A stretch of 64,000 nucleotides of DNA from Blepharisma stoltei ATCC 30299. Lineage: Eukaryota > Protista > Ciliophora. This document shows, piece by piece, positions 34,538 through 46,600 of the stretch. Every line of letters begins with the position of its first letter. Position 1 is the first letter of the stretch. Location of the stretch: assembly GCA_965603825.1 (NCBI GenBank), contig CBFDEM010000057.1:248001-312000 (forward strand). The letters run 5' to 3'. Both the position numbers and the translations under genes were made by a program. The notes beneath the pieces were generated by a model. The model worked only from the letters and a program-made list of their open reading frames with translations, was not told the origin of the DNA and made no database searches.

Positions 34538-36100
34538 TTATTTACTCCTAGCTTTACCAATGTCAACAAGATTTGCTGGTAATATCTGCTTAACCTCTTC
34601 TAAAGAACTTGAGCCTAGTTTTTCAAGCAGAGCTTTGTACATATATCCAGAATTTTTTACTGTTCTTGTTAAATTTCCTGCATAATCTACATAAGTAATC
34701 CCAAACTTCCCATCAAAACCATCAGCCCACTCAAAGTTATCTATAAGTGACCACAAGAAATATCCTTTAACTTTAATCTTATCCAAGACAATGGCATCAA
34801 TCATGCTCATGATATATTCATGTACATAGTTTACTCTGCATGCATCATTTAGACCTGTCTCGATTGAAGCGTTATGCTCTCCCCAACAACTGATCCCATT
34901 TTCAAGTATATAAATATCAGGATCATTATATCTTTTTTTTATCCAGTTCAAATGATCTCTAAATCCAGGCGCATACGCATTGACCCACCAAGAGTTTGTG
35001 AATGGGCCTATTAAATTTCCTGTTTTATTAAAAGCACTGGTTTTAATTCTTGGATCGCTAATATAATTAATCCCTGGAATTCCAGTGTGTTGTGCATACT
35101 GGGTTGTATAATAATTAAATCCTAAAAAGTCATAAGAGCCTTTTAGCATTTCACTTTCGCTTTCAGTGAAATTCGGGAGTCTGTTACCAGTAATTATAGA
35201 TGACATTTCCTCAGGATATCTTCCGAAGGCTATTGGATCAGTTAGCCAGCCAAATTGAAAAGCTACTGCTCTGTGAGCTGCGTTAATATCATCTATATTT
35301 TGGTTATCATAAGGCAGAGCAAATGTGCTACTAGATGCCATTCCAATTTTTCCTCCTTGAAGCTTTTGATATTTTTCCCTATATGTTTTAACAGCGTAAC
35401 CATGAGCCAAAAAAGCATGATGAGCTACTATATAAGGCTCAGTGCTTGAATTTCCGCCTCCTCCTATTTCCTTACACCATGAACCAAAATTTGGGCTGCA
35501 TCTCCCTGGAGCATGAAGCCCAGTTCCATAGCCTACCCAAGCCATGACCTTGATTTCGTTAAAAGTGATCCAAAATTTCACCTGATCTCCAAAATTTTTA
35601 AAGCAAAAATCTGCATAATCATTGAATTTAAATACAATGTCCTTGTTAAGCCAAGTGCTTTTGTCAGTAAAATTATTAAAAGTCTGAGGTAAATCCCAAT
35701 GATAAAGAGTAACATATGGAGTAATCCCTGCATTTAGTAAAGCACCAAATAAATTCCGATAGAACTTCACGCCTTCTGGATTTGGAGAGTCGATTAATCC
35801 TGTAGGAAGAATTCGTGGCCAAGAAATAGAAAGCCTCAAATGTTTGATTCCTAGCTTTTTCATTAGCTCAATATCCTCTGGATATCTGTGATAAAAATCA
35901 GCTGCCACTTTTGCATTATAGTTATTTCTGATGCGTCCAGGGAACTCCTGGAAGTAATCCCACATACTCATACCTTTTCCAGACTCATTCCATGCACCTT
36001 CAACTTGAAAAGCAGCAATTCCTGTACCCCATGCGAAATCTTCAGGAAATTGAGTTGCGAAAGTAGCAAGAATCAAAATTGGGGAAAGAAAAATTATCAT
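34538..36100 (-). CDS. Secreted GH1 beta-glucosidase (GH1-e, most divergent)
   Basis: Uninterrupted 520-aa ORF; signal peptide; TFNEI; ILENG. Confidence 0.95.
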   Translation of the reverse strand: MIIFLSPILILATFATQFPEDFAWGTGIAAFQVEGAWNESGKGMSMWDYFQEFPGRIRNNYNAKVAADFYHRYPEDIELMKKLGIKHLRLSISWPRILPTGLIDSPNPEGVKFYRNLFGALLNAGITPYVTLYHWDLPQTFNNFTDKSTWLNKDIVFKFNDYADFCFKNFGDQVKFWITFNEIKVMAWVGYGTGLHAPGRCSPNFGSWCKEIGGGGNSSTEPYIVAHHAFLAHGYAVKTYREKYQKLQGGKIGMASSSTFALPYDNQNIDDINAAHRAVAFQFGWLTDPIAFGRYPEEMSSIITGNRLPNFTESESEMLKGSYDFLGFNYYTTQYAQHTGIPGINYISDPRIKTSAFNKTGNLIGPFTNSWWVNAYAPGFRDHLNWIKKRYNDPDIYILENGISCWGEHNASIETGLNDACRVNYVHEYIMSMIDAIVLDKIKVKGYFLWSLIDNFEWADGFDGKFGITYVDYAGNLTRTVKNSGYMYKALLEKLGSSSLEEVKQILPANLVDIGKARSK

Positions 36101-36398
36101 TATAATTAATGCAATCTACTGGTTGGAAAATTCTTTTTAAATTAAATAGAATTTATGGATAATGAATAATAAGATTATTATAGACAAAAAATACGATTTT
36201 CATGTGGATTTTTAAGAATTAATTTCATGAAGCAAATTAAGTTCTTCATTAAAAAATGGCTGATAATGGAACTTAAACTATGCATTAGTTCATCTTTGTG
36301 CCTTATAGATTACTTTTGTTTTCTTAAATGTTAGTTTCTGTTTTGCATTTTATTATTTTGAAATATCATCATTATGCAAAAGTGCCTTTAGATTTATA

Positions 36399-38853
36399 AT
36401 GGCTACTCCCTATGTTTCAACCTACCCAATAAAAGCAAAATCAATCTCCTGCTCTTCAAATCACATTATTGCCTGCACAGATTCTTCACTGAAAATATAT
36501 TCTTATCCTTCGTTTAACTTCTGCCAGTCAATTGATGTAAACTCTACTCAGAATTTCCCTTATCCTTCACAAATTCTTCTTACTCAAGGACAAATTTTGA
36601 CTCTTTCTCCTAAGTTTCAAGTCTGAACTTATCCTGAAGGAATCTTATTGTAAAATTTATTTAAGGTTTACCTATGAAGCTTCAAATCCTAAGCATTTTT
36701 CAGTAGATCGCCATGATGTTGCATTACTCTTAAAATCAAAGATAGTTCTTTTATCTCTTATTGACTTATCAACAGTAATGGAAATCGAAATAAAAGTTGA
36801 ACCTAACAAAATTCTGCTTATATCCGGACGATGAATTTTACTTCAAGAAAAATATTGACTCCGAATAATCAATTTTGAAGGAAAAGAAATCCATAGTTTC
36901 AATCTGAAAAATCCTGGCCTTCTTGGATTTATGAATTGATTACAGCCAGCACCTGACGCAATTCACATAGGCCAATACGGTTTAATTTGCATAACAACTG
37001 ACGAAAAAACATTTTTTGTGGATTATGATTTAAAAAGGTATCCAAGATATCAAGAAATCAATCATGAGTTCATGCCCTTATACGTCGCATTTTTGCATCC
37101 CTGCTATATTTTGGCATTCGCTAAATCCTACCTGAACATATATTTAATTCATTCTGGTGAATGCATTTATAAGATGCCAAACATTTGTTACAGTGAAATT
37201 ACAGCATTTACATATGACACTCTCTTAATGAGCAATTCAGACTCTTTAATGTGTTTCAGTTCTCCTTCTTTAGATACTATAATCTCTACCTATTTAGGTG
37301 AGAAAAGATTTGACGTCGCCCTCGAGATTTGTGCTGATACATGCTCAAACTTGGAGTCAAGGGTTTATTTTGAGTATGGAGTCCATATGTTTTTTCAAGA
37401 CAGAGATTATCAAAGAGCTGCACATTATATGAGAAAAAGCGAAGAATATTGAGGGGTCTGCTCTTTGATGAGCAAAATCGTAAAACTCCCACCAATTGTG
37501 AAAGATAAATGCAAAGTCAATCTAGAAAATGCAGTTGAGAGAATAAAAAATTATTCGCTTTTAAGGTCTCATTTTAATTATATAGCGCAGTTTGAGCCTT
37601 TGACTTATGACAAGACATTGAAAAACAAAATTATAAAAAATTTCATACCTTTTTTCCATATGATAAGAAAAAACGATGATCAGTGTTTGAGGAACTTTGC
37701 TGAGTCTTGGATTTTTTCTGCAGTTTTACAGATCCCTAAGCAGACTGCAGAACTTTTACCAATAGTTAGAGACCCCTCAAATACGCTGCCACTTTACTAT
37801 TGTGAAGGGGTGTTAAAGAAATCTGGCCAGTATGATTTAATGCTTGAGCTATTCTTATCTCGAAAAATATATAGGCCAGGACTAGAAGTGTTGTTTAAAA
37901 AATATGAGGAAGAAAAGACAATTTACTGATTGATCAAGACAAGGGACTATTTGTCAAGGATGCAGTCCAATGAAGAAGTCTTTTTGGAGTACACAATTAA
38001 GCTATTTTGCGAAAGCAAATCTTTGGCTGAAGAGCTATTTTTGACATGTCCAGCAATAATTCCAAAATTGGATATTTTAGGAAAACTCTTGCCTATGATG
38101 ATGAAATATTCAGGCCCAAGACTTGTGATTGGGTTTTTATCTGTTTTGGAGAACGGCCCGCCTGAGTATTATAACTATTTGGCAAAAATTTATATAGAAG
38201 AAACTTTAGATGGAGAGGTAAATCCAAAGGAATTAGTAGAATTTTTGAATAGAAAGCCGACAAGATATGACCCAGAAACAGTTTTAACGTATTTTCCTAA
38301 AGGATATCTCCAGAGAGAGCGATGTTTATTGCTGGACCTAATTGGAAGATATGAAGAAATTATTCATTACTATATTTATGAAGAAAAATCGCTTATAAAT
38401 GCAAAACTGTATGTACTCTATAAGCGAAATACTGAAGTTTCAAGCATTTTTATTAGCAAACTTTGCAAATCTCCCTCGAATCAAGACCACATTAAATTTT
38501 TAGTCGATTTTCTTAATGAAGCAAACCCTGAGATTATTGACCATCACATAGCTTTAAGCCTTCTCCCAAAAAATCTCCCCATGGACTCAATTATAAAATA
38601 CCTTTACAACGCTTTTCACAGCCTCGAAGAGCGAAAAGTAAAAATCAAGCTCAAACGTCGACTTCAAGAAACTCACTTCCTCGACCTTATTTTAGATTAC
38701 TACAAGCACGCTCATGAAAACGTAGAAATCACTGAAGACACACGATGTGACATCTGCAAAAAGAAAATAAAAACAAAAGACTTCATTGTCACCTATAAAG
38801 GAGAAATCCAGCATGAAGACTGCTACGAGCAGAAGAAGATTAATACTAATTAA
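36399..38853 (+). CDS. Vps39/Vam6/TGFBRAP1-like tethering-complex subunit (beta-propeller, helical repeats, C-terminal zinc finger); one intron
   Basis: Continuous after removing the 16-nt intron and reading TGA=W. YLGEKRFDVALEIC, YFEYG..F...DYQRA, YDPETVLTYFP..YLQRERCLLL..IGRYEE, ITEDTRCDICKKKI...HEDC. Confidence 0.75.
36650..36665 (+). other. 16-nt intron (GTAAAATTTATTTAAG)
   Basis: GT-AG. Removal deletes a TAA and shifts into the downstream Vps39-like frame. Confidence 0.85.
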
Positions 38854-38854
38854 G

Positions 38855-39385
38855 CTATAAGAAATGTTTATCTGTTTTAATTGTGACTAAAAGTGCCAAA
38901 ATAATCATCAAAGATGAGACCGTGACAGAAATAATCGATAAAGGCTCGTTCCACAGGTTCATTCTGCTGTTATTGATACATTGGATTACCAGCTCAGGAA
39001 AAGATTCCAGCGTGACGTGGAGGAGCATGCTAACCCTATACAAAGCTTTGTTTTTAGAAATAGGGATCTCTAATGCAGTTTTGAAAATAAAATGAATGCA
39101 CAAGGTCATAGTTTCTTTGAAATCTTTTATCACTTGTTCTTGCACATAAACTTGACTGCGGAATATCCTGACTTTTAAAGTTGTGTCAAATATAAACCCA
39201 AAAATCATAAAAATAAAAATTCCGCCAGTAGCTGCAAATGCACTGGCAATTGCGATGTTGTGTATAATATTGTTCAGGAACGGCTTGCTCCACAGATAGC
39301 AATAATCAGTAGCGAAATCTAATAAATTGAGGTAGAAAATAATACTTGCCATCCTCCTCGTAGTTATCTTGCGCCAAAGACCCAT
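38855..39385 (-). CDS. Small multi-pass membrane protein with XK-related-like motifs
   Basis: LLDFATDYCY and LESFPELVIQ (cf. the E..PQL.LQ motif of the XK family); 4 hydrophobic segments. Confidence 0.55.
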   Translation of the reverse strand: MGLWRKITTRRMASIIFYLNLLDFATDYCYLWSKPFLNNIIHNIAIASAFAATGGIFIFMIFGFIFDTTLKVRIFRSQVYVQEQVIKDFKETMTLCIHFIFKTALEIPISKNKALYRVSMLLHVTLESFPELVIQCINNSRMNLWNEPLSIISVTVSSLMIILALLVTIKTDKHFL

Positions 39386-39409
39386 TTAATAAATTGTTCT
39401 AATTCTAAA

Positions 39410-40831
39410 ATGGAGTATAAACTTGAAAATCGATCTCTGTCATCTTCAACAATTAAAAAGAAGCCAAAAACGCCTAAAGACATAACACAGCTCACTCGGA
39501 GCACTGAATCACGTAGAAAGTTACTCCGAAACGTATCTATGCCGACAGTTATTAACTTAAAAGCGAAAAGTTTCAAAAAAAAATCCCCGAATAACATCTC
39601 CCATGAAAACATTCCTTTTACAGTTAAGCCTAAATCCCGAGACAACTCCCATTTACTAAACAGCTCTAAAAAAGACTTGATTCAGTTCATTCGGGCTCAG
39701 CATTTTCCGCTTCCAAACGCAGGAAACTTCACTTTGCGGATAATTGAAAAGCCCAAACTATTGATTAAAAACGATAAGAAAACCCCGCGTTTGGAAGAAA
39801 ACAAGCCCAATACGTCACGCGGAAGACTTTCAATTAGGGCTCGGCCGAACTCAAAAGAGAAGGCTAATTTCGTTTTGACGCAGTCATTGATATCTCCGAC
39901 CTTTAAAGAAATTAAAAAAGCTATAAGGAAATATGCATCCAAGACAAAAACTGGAAATATTGGTGGAGTCCCGAAAAAAGAAAACCAGGATGCATGGTTG
40001 GTTCGCTCAGATTTTGCTAATACACACAATCAGTTTCTATTATCTGTCATGGACGGGCATGGGATTTTTGGGCATAAGGTGTCCGCTTTTGTAAAAAAGA
40101 CTTTGCCTTTGAGGATTGAAGGATTCATTCCTTCTGAAGGTAATTGATATTTAGTCACTACAAAAAACGTGCTGACATCTGAAGATATCAGCAAAATTAA
40201 GCATGCAATGGCAGAAGGGTATTTGAAAGTCTCTGAAGATTTAGTTAATAAAAAGCAGATAGACATCACTTATTCAGGAAGCACTGCAGTGTCTGTCTTA
40301 ATTAGAGGTGACTTATGCATATGTGCAAATGTAGGAGACTCAAGGGCAGTCATTGGAAGATTTGATGGGATAAAATGAAGCGCAATGCCGTTATCAAGAG
40401 ATCATAAGCCAAATGACCCACTAGAGCAGTTGAGGATTGTGAAATGCGGAGGAAGAGTTGAACCTTATGTAGAAGAAAGCGGCCGTTTTGTAGGGCCACA
40501 TAGAGTTTGAATGAAAAATGAGCAAGTTCCAGGACTTGCTATGAGCAGAGCGCTAGGAGATTTTGTAGCTTCACAAGTAGGGGTTATTGCGGAGCCAGAA
40601 ATAATCGAGCATAGGCTGACAGAAGCTGATAAATTTATTATTATTGCTTCGGATGGAATTTGGGAATTTTTAAGTAGCCAAGACTGTGTAAATATCGTGG
40701 CTAGCTATTTCCAGCTTGACGATGCAGAAGGTGCATGTGCGAGGCTTACTGAAGAATCTGAAATTGCATGAAAAAAGCATGATGATGTGACTGACGACAT
40801 CACAGTCATCGTTGCTTTCCTAAACACATAA
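39410..40831 (+). CDS. Protein phosphatase 2C (PPM family) with basic N-terminal extension
   Basis: KENQD, VMDGHG, SGSTAV, ANVGDSRAV, LSRDHKP, HRV-W, GLAMSRALGD, IASDGIWEF, A-W-KK..TDDITVIV; TAA at 40831. Confidence 0.95.
40140..40154 (+). other. Probable 15-nt intron (GTAATTGATATTTAG)
   Basis: Typical size and composition. Frame-preserving and contains only a TGA, so it is not forced. Confidence 0.65.
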
Positions 40832-40942
40832 GTTGAGATTGAGATGCTCAATATCTATTTGAAATGTATAAAATAAATTAAAATAGCCCTAGAGTTAATA
40901 CTAAGAATGAGATTACTCATTAAGTGAATTTAGGCTGATATC

Positions 40943-41200
40943 ACTGGATAGAAGCTCTCATCTGAATTTCACATACGCCAAGACCATCTTTAATGCTAAA
41001 TCTGCAATATCCAGATTCTCTCCAACTATCGCCCCATGAATTCTAAACTATATAATATGGAGGAGCAGCGTAATTATTATAGCCAACTGCAAGAACGCCA
41101 AGATTAAGTCTCGTTGAGCACAACTTGGTGATTAACCCGCTTTTATAGAACTGCCAAGCAAATAAGTTCTCATCAACTGCTACTGAAACTGGAGTTATTT
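40943..41200 (-). pseudogene. Papain/cathepsin-L-like cysteine protease pseudogene fragment
   Basis: PVSVAVDENLFAWQFYKSGLITKLCSTRLNLGVLAVGY...YYIV*NSWGDSWRESGY...GVCEIQMRAS. The catalytic His is Leu, there is an in-frame TAG at 41043, a frameshift at ASYP, and no 5' half. Confidence 0.85.
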
Positions 41201-41523
41201 CTGTTTTTTACTTTATAGTTAAATATTTAGACTTAATTTTCTAACAGATATAATTTGGCATTCAATCTCGTCATAAGGTCAATAGCTGCATAATCACTTA
41301 GAATTTAAACAATGCTCAAGATTATATTTAATTAAAAAAGAATGATCACTTAAAATTATATGACAATCCATTAAAAAAAAATAATAATAATATATTCAAA
41401 TTAACAATCAAAATTTTTTTAAAGATTAGGAAAATATATTGCTCCCTTTACCATTATTTTAATCTGAGTTTCAAAAGTGTTTGACATATAGGATAATGGC
41501 AGCAATATATACAGCATAACACA

Positions 41524-43503
41524 TTAGATAATAGCACACTTTTTTTTATGTTCTGATTTTTGTTTTTCTTCATAAATTTGTAAAAGCTCACAGATCTTTA
41601 TCCTATTATTCATTTCAGCAAGCATTAAAGCAGTACTTCCATTATTATTTGTTATAGAAGTAGATACCCCTCAATCAATTAGCTGCATTACGGCTTTTTC
41701 GTGTCCATTAGCTGAAGCTGAGTGTAGAGCTGTGTATCCACGAAAATCCTGGACGTTAATTTGCGCTCCATTTTTATAAAAAAATTCCATCATTTCTACG
41801 TCTCCATATTCAGCAGCACTTATAAACAGGGGAGTTTCATGCTCACAAACACTATTTAGGTCAAATCCTTGCTCCAAAAGATATTCTAACATTTTTTTGC
41901 AGCCTTTATTATGATTATAAGCTAAACACACTATACTTTTATAAAGGCAGCAAAAATTTGTAGATTTATTTTGTACTACTAGCTCTTTTTCTTTTTCTTT
42001 TATTCCCCAAAGAATCAAATTTTGTAATAGGCTGGACGCTCCTTTTAGATTATTGTTGCTTAAATAATATCTAAGCCCGTCGTAAACTCAATCAAATGGA
42101 AATTCGTCCAAACTAAAATTGCCTGAAGTAAAAGCATAATCAAGGATTTTCGGATGGAAAATAAGGGGATTCAAATGTTCGGACTTATAGGAGCCTTTGC
42201 ACTTCCAAAACGCAAATTTTTTGTGAATTAAATAAGAAAACAGTTTAATATCTTCATTTTCAATAGCTATGCAATAAGGAGTGCATTCAGCGAAATTGTC
42301 AAAAAAATCTATCTTATGAACGCCATCATCAACTAAAATATCTAATATTGAAAAATCTTGGGTTTCACATGTCACTTTTGCTGCTCATGTTATAGCTACA
42401 AGTCAATAATTGTATGAATAAACATTCATTATGTCGGAATTATTCCTAAAATAGTATCCTGTATATCAAATATTGCAACCAGACTTCATCAGAAGTCTCA
42501 CCAACCGTATCATATTTTTGGCAATGACCGCACAAAAGAATTCATGGGATAAGTTTGCTCCGCTCTTTATAATTATTCTGATTATTTTCTCCAGCAACTC
42601 CACATCTATACTTAACTCAGTAAGCCGAATCAACGGATTTGCTCATTCTTGGTTTACCTCAAATTTAAATTCATATAAATTTACATCTCCACCATATTTT
42701 AGTCACTCCTCGAGCTTGCTTGTGTTTGCTTCCTCAATGACATCTCTTAAGATTTCGCCAAGATTCTGAGTAACTACTCTTATACCTTTATTTCTTATCA
42801 CATCTACAACGCTATTTTGCTCTTCAAGTGATATAAACAAAGTCTTCAGGTTTGATGATAAAATGCAATTAAGGGCTTCTGAATCTTTTTCAATATCTTT
42901 AAGATATGGGGAATTGCTTAAATCTAAGAATTCTAACCTTTTATATCCTGAAATTATCAAGGCTACATCTTTTGCTGTTGCAGCGGTATTACCAGCGTAC
43001 AATCTTTTTAGATTAGGGAAAAGCTCTAAAATGGTTTTATAATTGCTACACACCATGAATTTATAAGTATCTTTGTCATAATACCCACGCTTTAAATTTG
43101 TGATCCTCAATTCTTCAACGTTATAGAATGAATTTTCATTTCCATATTTCTTCTTCTTGCTGCAGATTATATCGACTCACAATGCAAAGTCCGAAACATT
43201 GCAGCTAGATAAGTTCAGGATTTTGGGCTGTGAAACATTTATGACTTCAATAAAACTTTTTGAAGGAAACAAGCAAGAGCCTTGAAAATTTAGCTCGTAT
43301 AGTCTCCATTGTGATAAAAATTTCATCCTGCATTTCCAAAATTTTTTTGTACCCATTTTGTGGCCTTTTAATGTTCCAAGGTGCAAAGAGTTCTTCATGG
43401 CCCGATACCATTCTTTGCAGACTAAGGATAATAGATAGGCTTCGTTTATAGGACCTACTGAAGTTAGAATCTCACAAAGCAAATAGTAAGGAATTCTCTT
43501 CAT
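41524..43503 (-). CDS. F-box + LRR + ankyrin-repeat protein ending in a CaaX box (659 aa)
   Basis: Four track ORFs join through TGA=W. F-box-like IPYYLLCEIL..LSLVCKEWY; LRR LKRLYAG/LEFLDLSNS; ankyrins GYTALHSASANGH and GSTALMLA; ends HKKKCAII-TAA. Confidence 0.75.
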
Positions 43504-43619
43504 ATTCAAATAATAATTACAAAAATTGTAGGTTATACAATTTAAAATTTAAAGATTTAAGCTTTATTTAAATTATTTATAAATTCATATATTTATTTAT
43601 ATTATTTCCATTAAAACTA

Positions 43620-46600
43620 TTAGAAGATTAAGCAAGCACATGAGCCTCTTTTTACAGTTTGCACTTTGACAGCTGGCGTATTATCTGCTTGATTCACAAT
43701 GATAACTTCACCACCACTCCTTTTGGCAAGTTCAGCTTTCAAGGCCCTTATTTCTTCTTCTTTCCTCATCAATTCTTCTTGTAATGCTGAAGACTTTCCT
43801 GGGCTGCTTGCCATTTTTGAAAATCCTTGAGGACTTTTAGGATCAAAAAGCTCAGCACCAAGCTCTTCTTCAATATCTAAATTTGCCATTCCTGGGTTCA
43901 AATTTATCCCTGTCTTAACAATAGCTTTATTCACATTGGCTTTAAGCTTATTTAGCTCTCTTTGCTTCATTTCTTGTGTGATATCTCCATAAACAGCTAT
44001 AGCTAGTGCATGATTTAGGAACTTTTCAGCAATTTCTGTAGTCAGATCAATATTGTGAGTTTTCAAATAATTAAAATGTGGATTTGTGGTAGTCTCCATG
44101 CATTTTTCAGTTGAAAACTCTTCTTCAGAGACCATATCAAGCCGATATTTGCAGAAAATTCCTGTACTAAAAGCATCTGGGACATCTACAGCTTCGCTAA
44201 TACTAACTGCTAGATTAAGCTGCTTCCCTGCAAGTTCTTTGAGATTGTCAAAATCACTAGGAGAAGCTCCTTCAAGCCCAGGCTCTACTGCTACCCTTAA
44301 TGAACCTCTTCTTGATCCTCTGTCATCAATAATAGGAATGAAGTCTTCATCGAGGCTCAATAGGTGATAAATCACGTCCAAGTACACATAAGCATAGCCA
44401 ATCAATCTATAAGTGTCTCCCAAACTGTCAAGTTTATCAGAAAATGGGTCATAGCCAATGTCGATTTCAGAAGGGTCTGCGCCTAAAGAGAGCTGATTGC
44501 AAATTTCCTGCATATCCACAAGCCTAGCCTCCAGCTTCTCTAGTGGCCATTTTATTTGGAAATCGTCTGAAAGGCCTGGGTAGGTAACTCTTATCCTTAC
44601 CTTAGTACTTGTAAGGCCAGTTCCAACACCTGTGCGGCCTGGATCAGCCTCTCTATATAGTTCAGGCTGGAATAGAGCATTTTTTCCTAGTACAACTGCA
44701 CGCTCATTAGCTTCATTTATTTGCTGAATCGCATTTGTCAGCATTTTTTTAAGCCTTTCAAGAGCGTTTCTTTCTTCTTCATGCTGCTTCATTTTGATTT
44801 CTTTTTCCCTGATTTCTTCTTCCATAGCTCTCTGTCTTGCTTTCAGCTCTGCTTCTTTATCAGCCAAAGCTTTTTGTGTAGCTGAGTCTTCGTTTTTCTT
44901 GGATTTTATTAATTTTTCAAGCTGCATTCTTTCTTCATCCATTTTTTTCCTAGCTTCTTCCCACTCTGCTTCAAGCTTTTTCCTCATTTCTTCTTCTTTA
45001 GCCTTAATTTCTTCATCTTGATGCCCAAGGAGCACTTTAACCTGCTCTTCATTTGCTTCATTGACAGCTTTTTCCCAGTCAAAAGGAGCCCCACCTAGTT
45101 CTTCAGGGTCAATAAATAGAAAATAGTTGTGATTTCCAAAGCGAATTCTGTCTTGATGATTCAGCACAGTTTCTTCTGTTAATATTTTCCCATTTAACAT
45201 AGTTTTCAAATTGGGGTCTTGAGATGGGATTATTTTGTATTCATCATTTTCATATATAACGACACAGTGATCAATTCCCACTCCTAGCCCTTCTATAATG
45301 ATACCAGGCGGCGAACTTGGGTTCTTCTTACCAATCACATTTCTTCCAGGCTTAAATTGATGTTTGATATAGCCTGATAATAAAGGGTCTTCGTTTAAAT
45401 TCGATAAATGGGGCTTTGTTATTTTTTCAGGCTCTTGCTGCACAGGTGCAACTATATGTGGCTTGCTCCCATGATCCCTCAGCCTATCTTGCCATGTTTT
45501 TTCAGCTTCTTCTTTAGCTTTCCTCAGTTCTTCTATTTGCTTCTCATACTCTTTTTTTGTTTCTTCATCCATTCTTATCACTTCTGCTCCAGGTGAGGCC
45601 TGTACATACTTTCCTTCAATCATAGCTTTAAGCCTTTCATTTTCTTCTTTAAGTTCCCTAATAAGCTTTTCTTGTGGAGTTTCATTGATAACAGCAGCAT
45701 TTTTAATTGACTTGACAGCATCCGCATATCTGAGAGTGCTCATAGTTTCATCATAATTAAACGTGGCAGGCGAAATAGCAGCGATCATAGTAGTCATGCT
45801 ATTCCCACCGAGCGCGTTTTGAAGGATTCTGGTCAGTTTGGATTCTCTGTAAGGGATGACTTCTCCTTTGCCTAGCTGCCCAGATGAACGCTTCGCTAGA
45901 GATGTGATGACTTTTCCAAGTGTTGATAAAGATTTATTGATATTGCTACCTTCTTGGAGACGATCTCCAGTTGCACCAGTTTTTGAAGCTCTTTCTGAGC
46001 CTGCAAGATCAACAAGGTTGATGTTGCTTTGTTTGCGATTTAAAGGTTTCCCGGTTTCTTCATCATAAAAGATTTGGGTAAAAGAAATAGTGAGGACTGT
46101 ATGGGCACGAGAGCTAGTTGCATTCATTTGAGTAGCAGCAACTGTACGACTCTTATTGCCTTTATCTAAAACTGCTGAGATTTCTTCATAAGATGTACAG
46201 ACTTCCTCTGTCTGATCTTCAACAAAAACGCCTCTTTTAGGGTCTTCTCTAATTTTCAGCCCTCCTTTTACTCTGTTTTGTGGAGGCTGCAACAGATCTT
46301 GGACTTGTTCATTATAAATTTCAAGCATACTTGCAGCGACCTTGCATTCGATATATGGTGAAGCTCGGTCATTTATTCTTCTGAAAATTTCTTCACAGGC
46401 AATTGGGATGATTCCTTTGTTATTCCCATATCCTACCATCGAGTAGGATTTTCCTGAACCTGTCTGCCCATATGCAAATAAGCAGCAATGGTAACCTTCC
46501 CATGCGTTATCAAGAACGCCAATCCCAATATCATTGAAAACCATTTGCTGATCTGCATACCTAGACCCTGGGCCATCTTTGGTGAGAACTCCAGTTTCGG

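Noticed and set aside
15529-36100. A single carbohydrate gene cluster (cupin + SDR + GH1 array + malectin receptors)
   Set aside because: The genes are interspersed with unrelated housekeeping genes; proximity alone does not support co-function without co-expression data.
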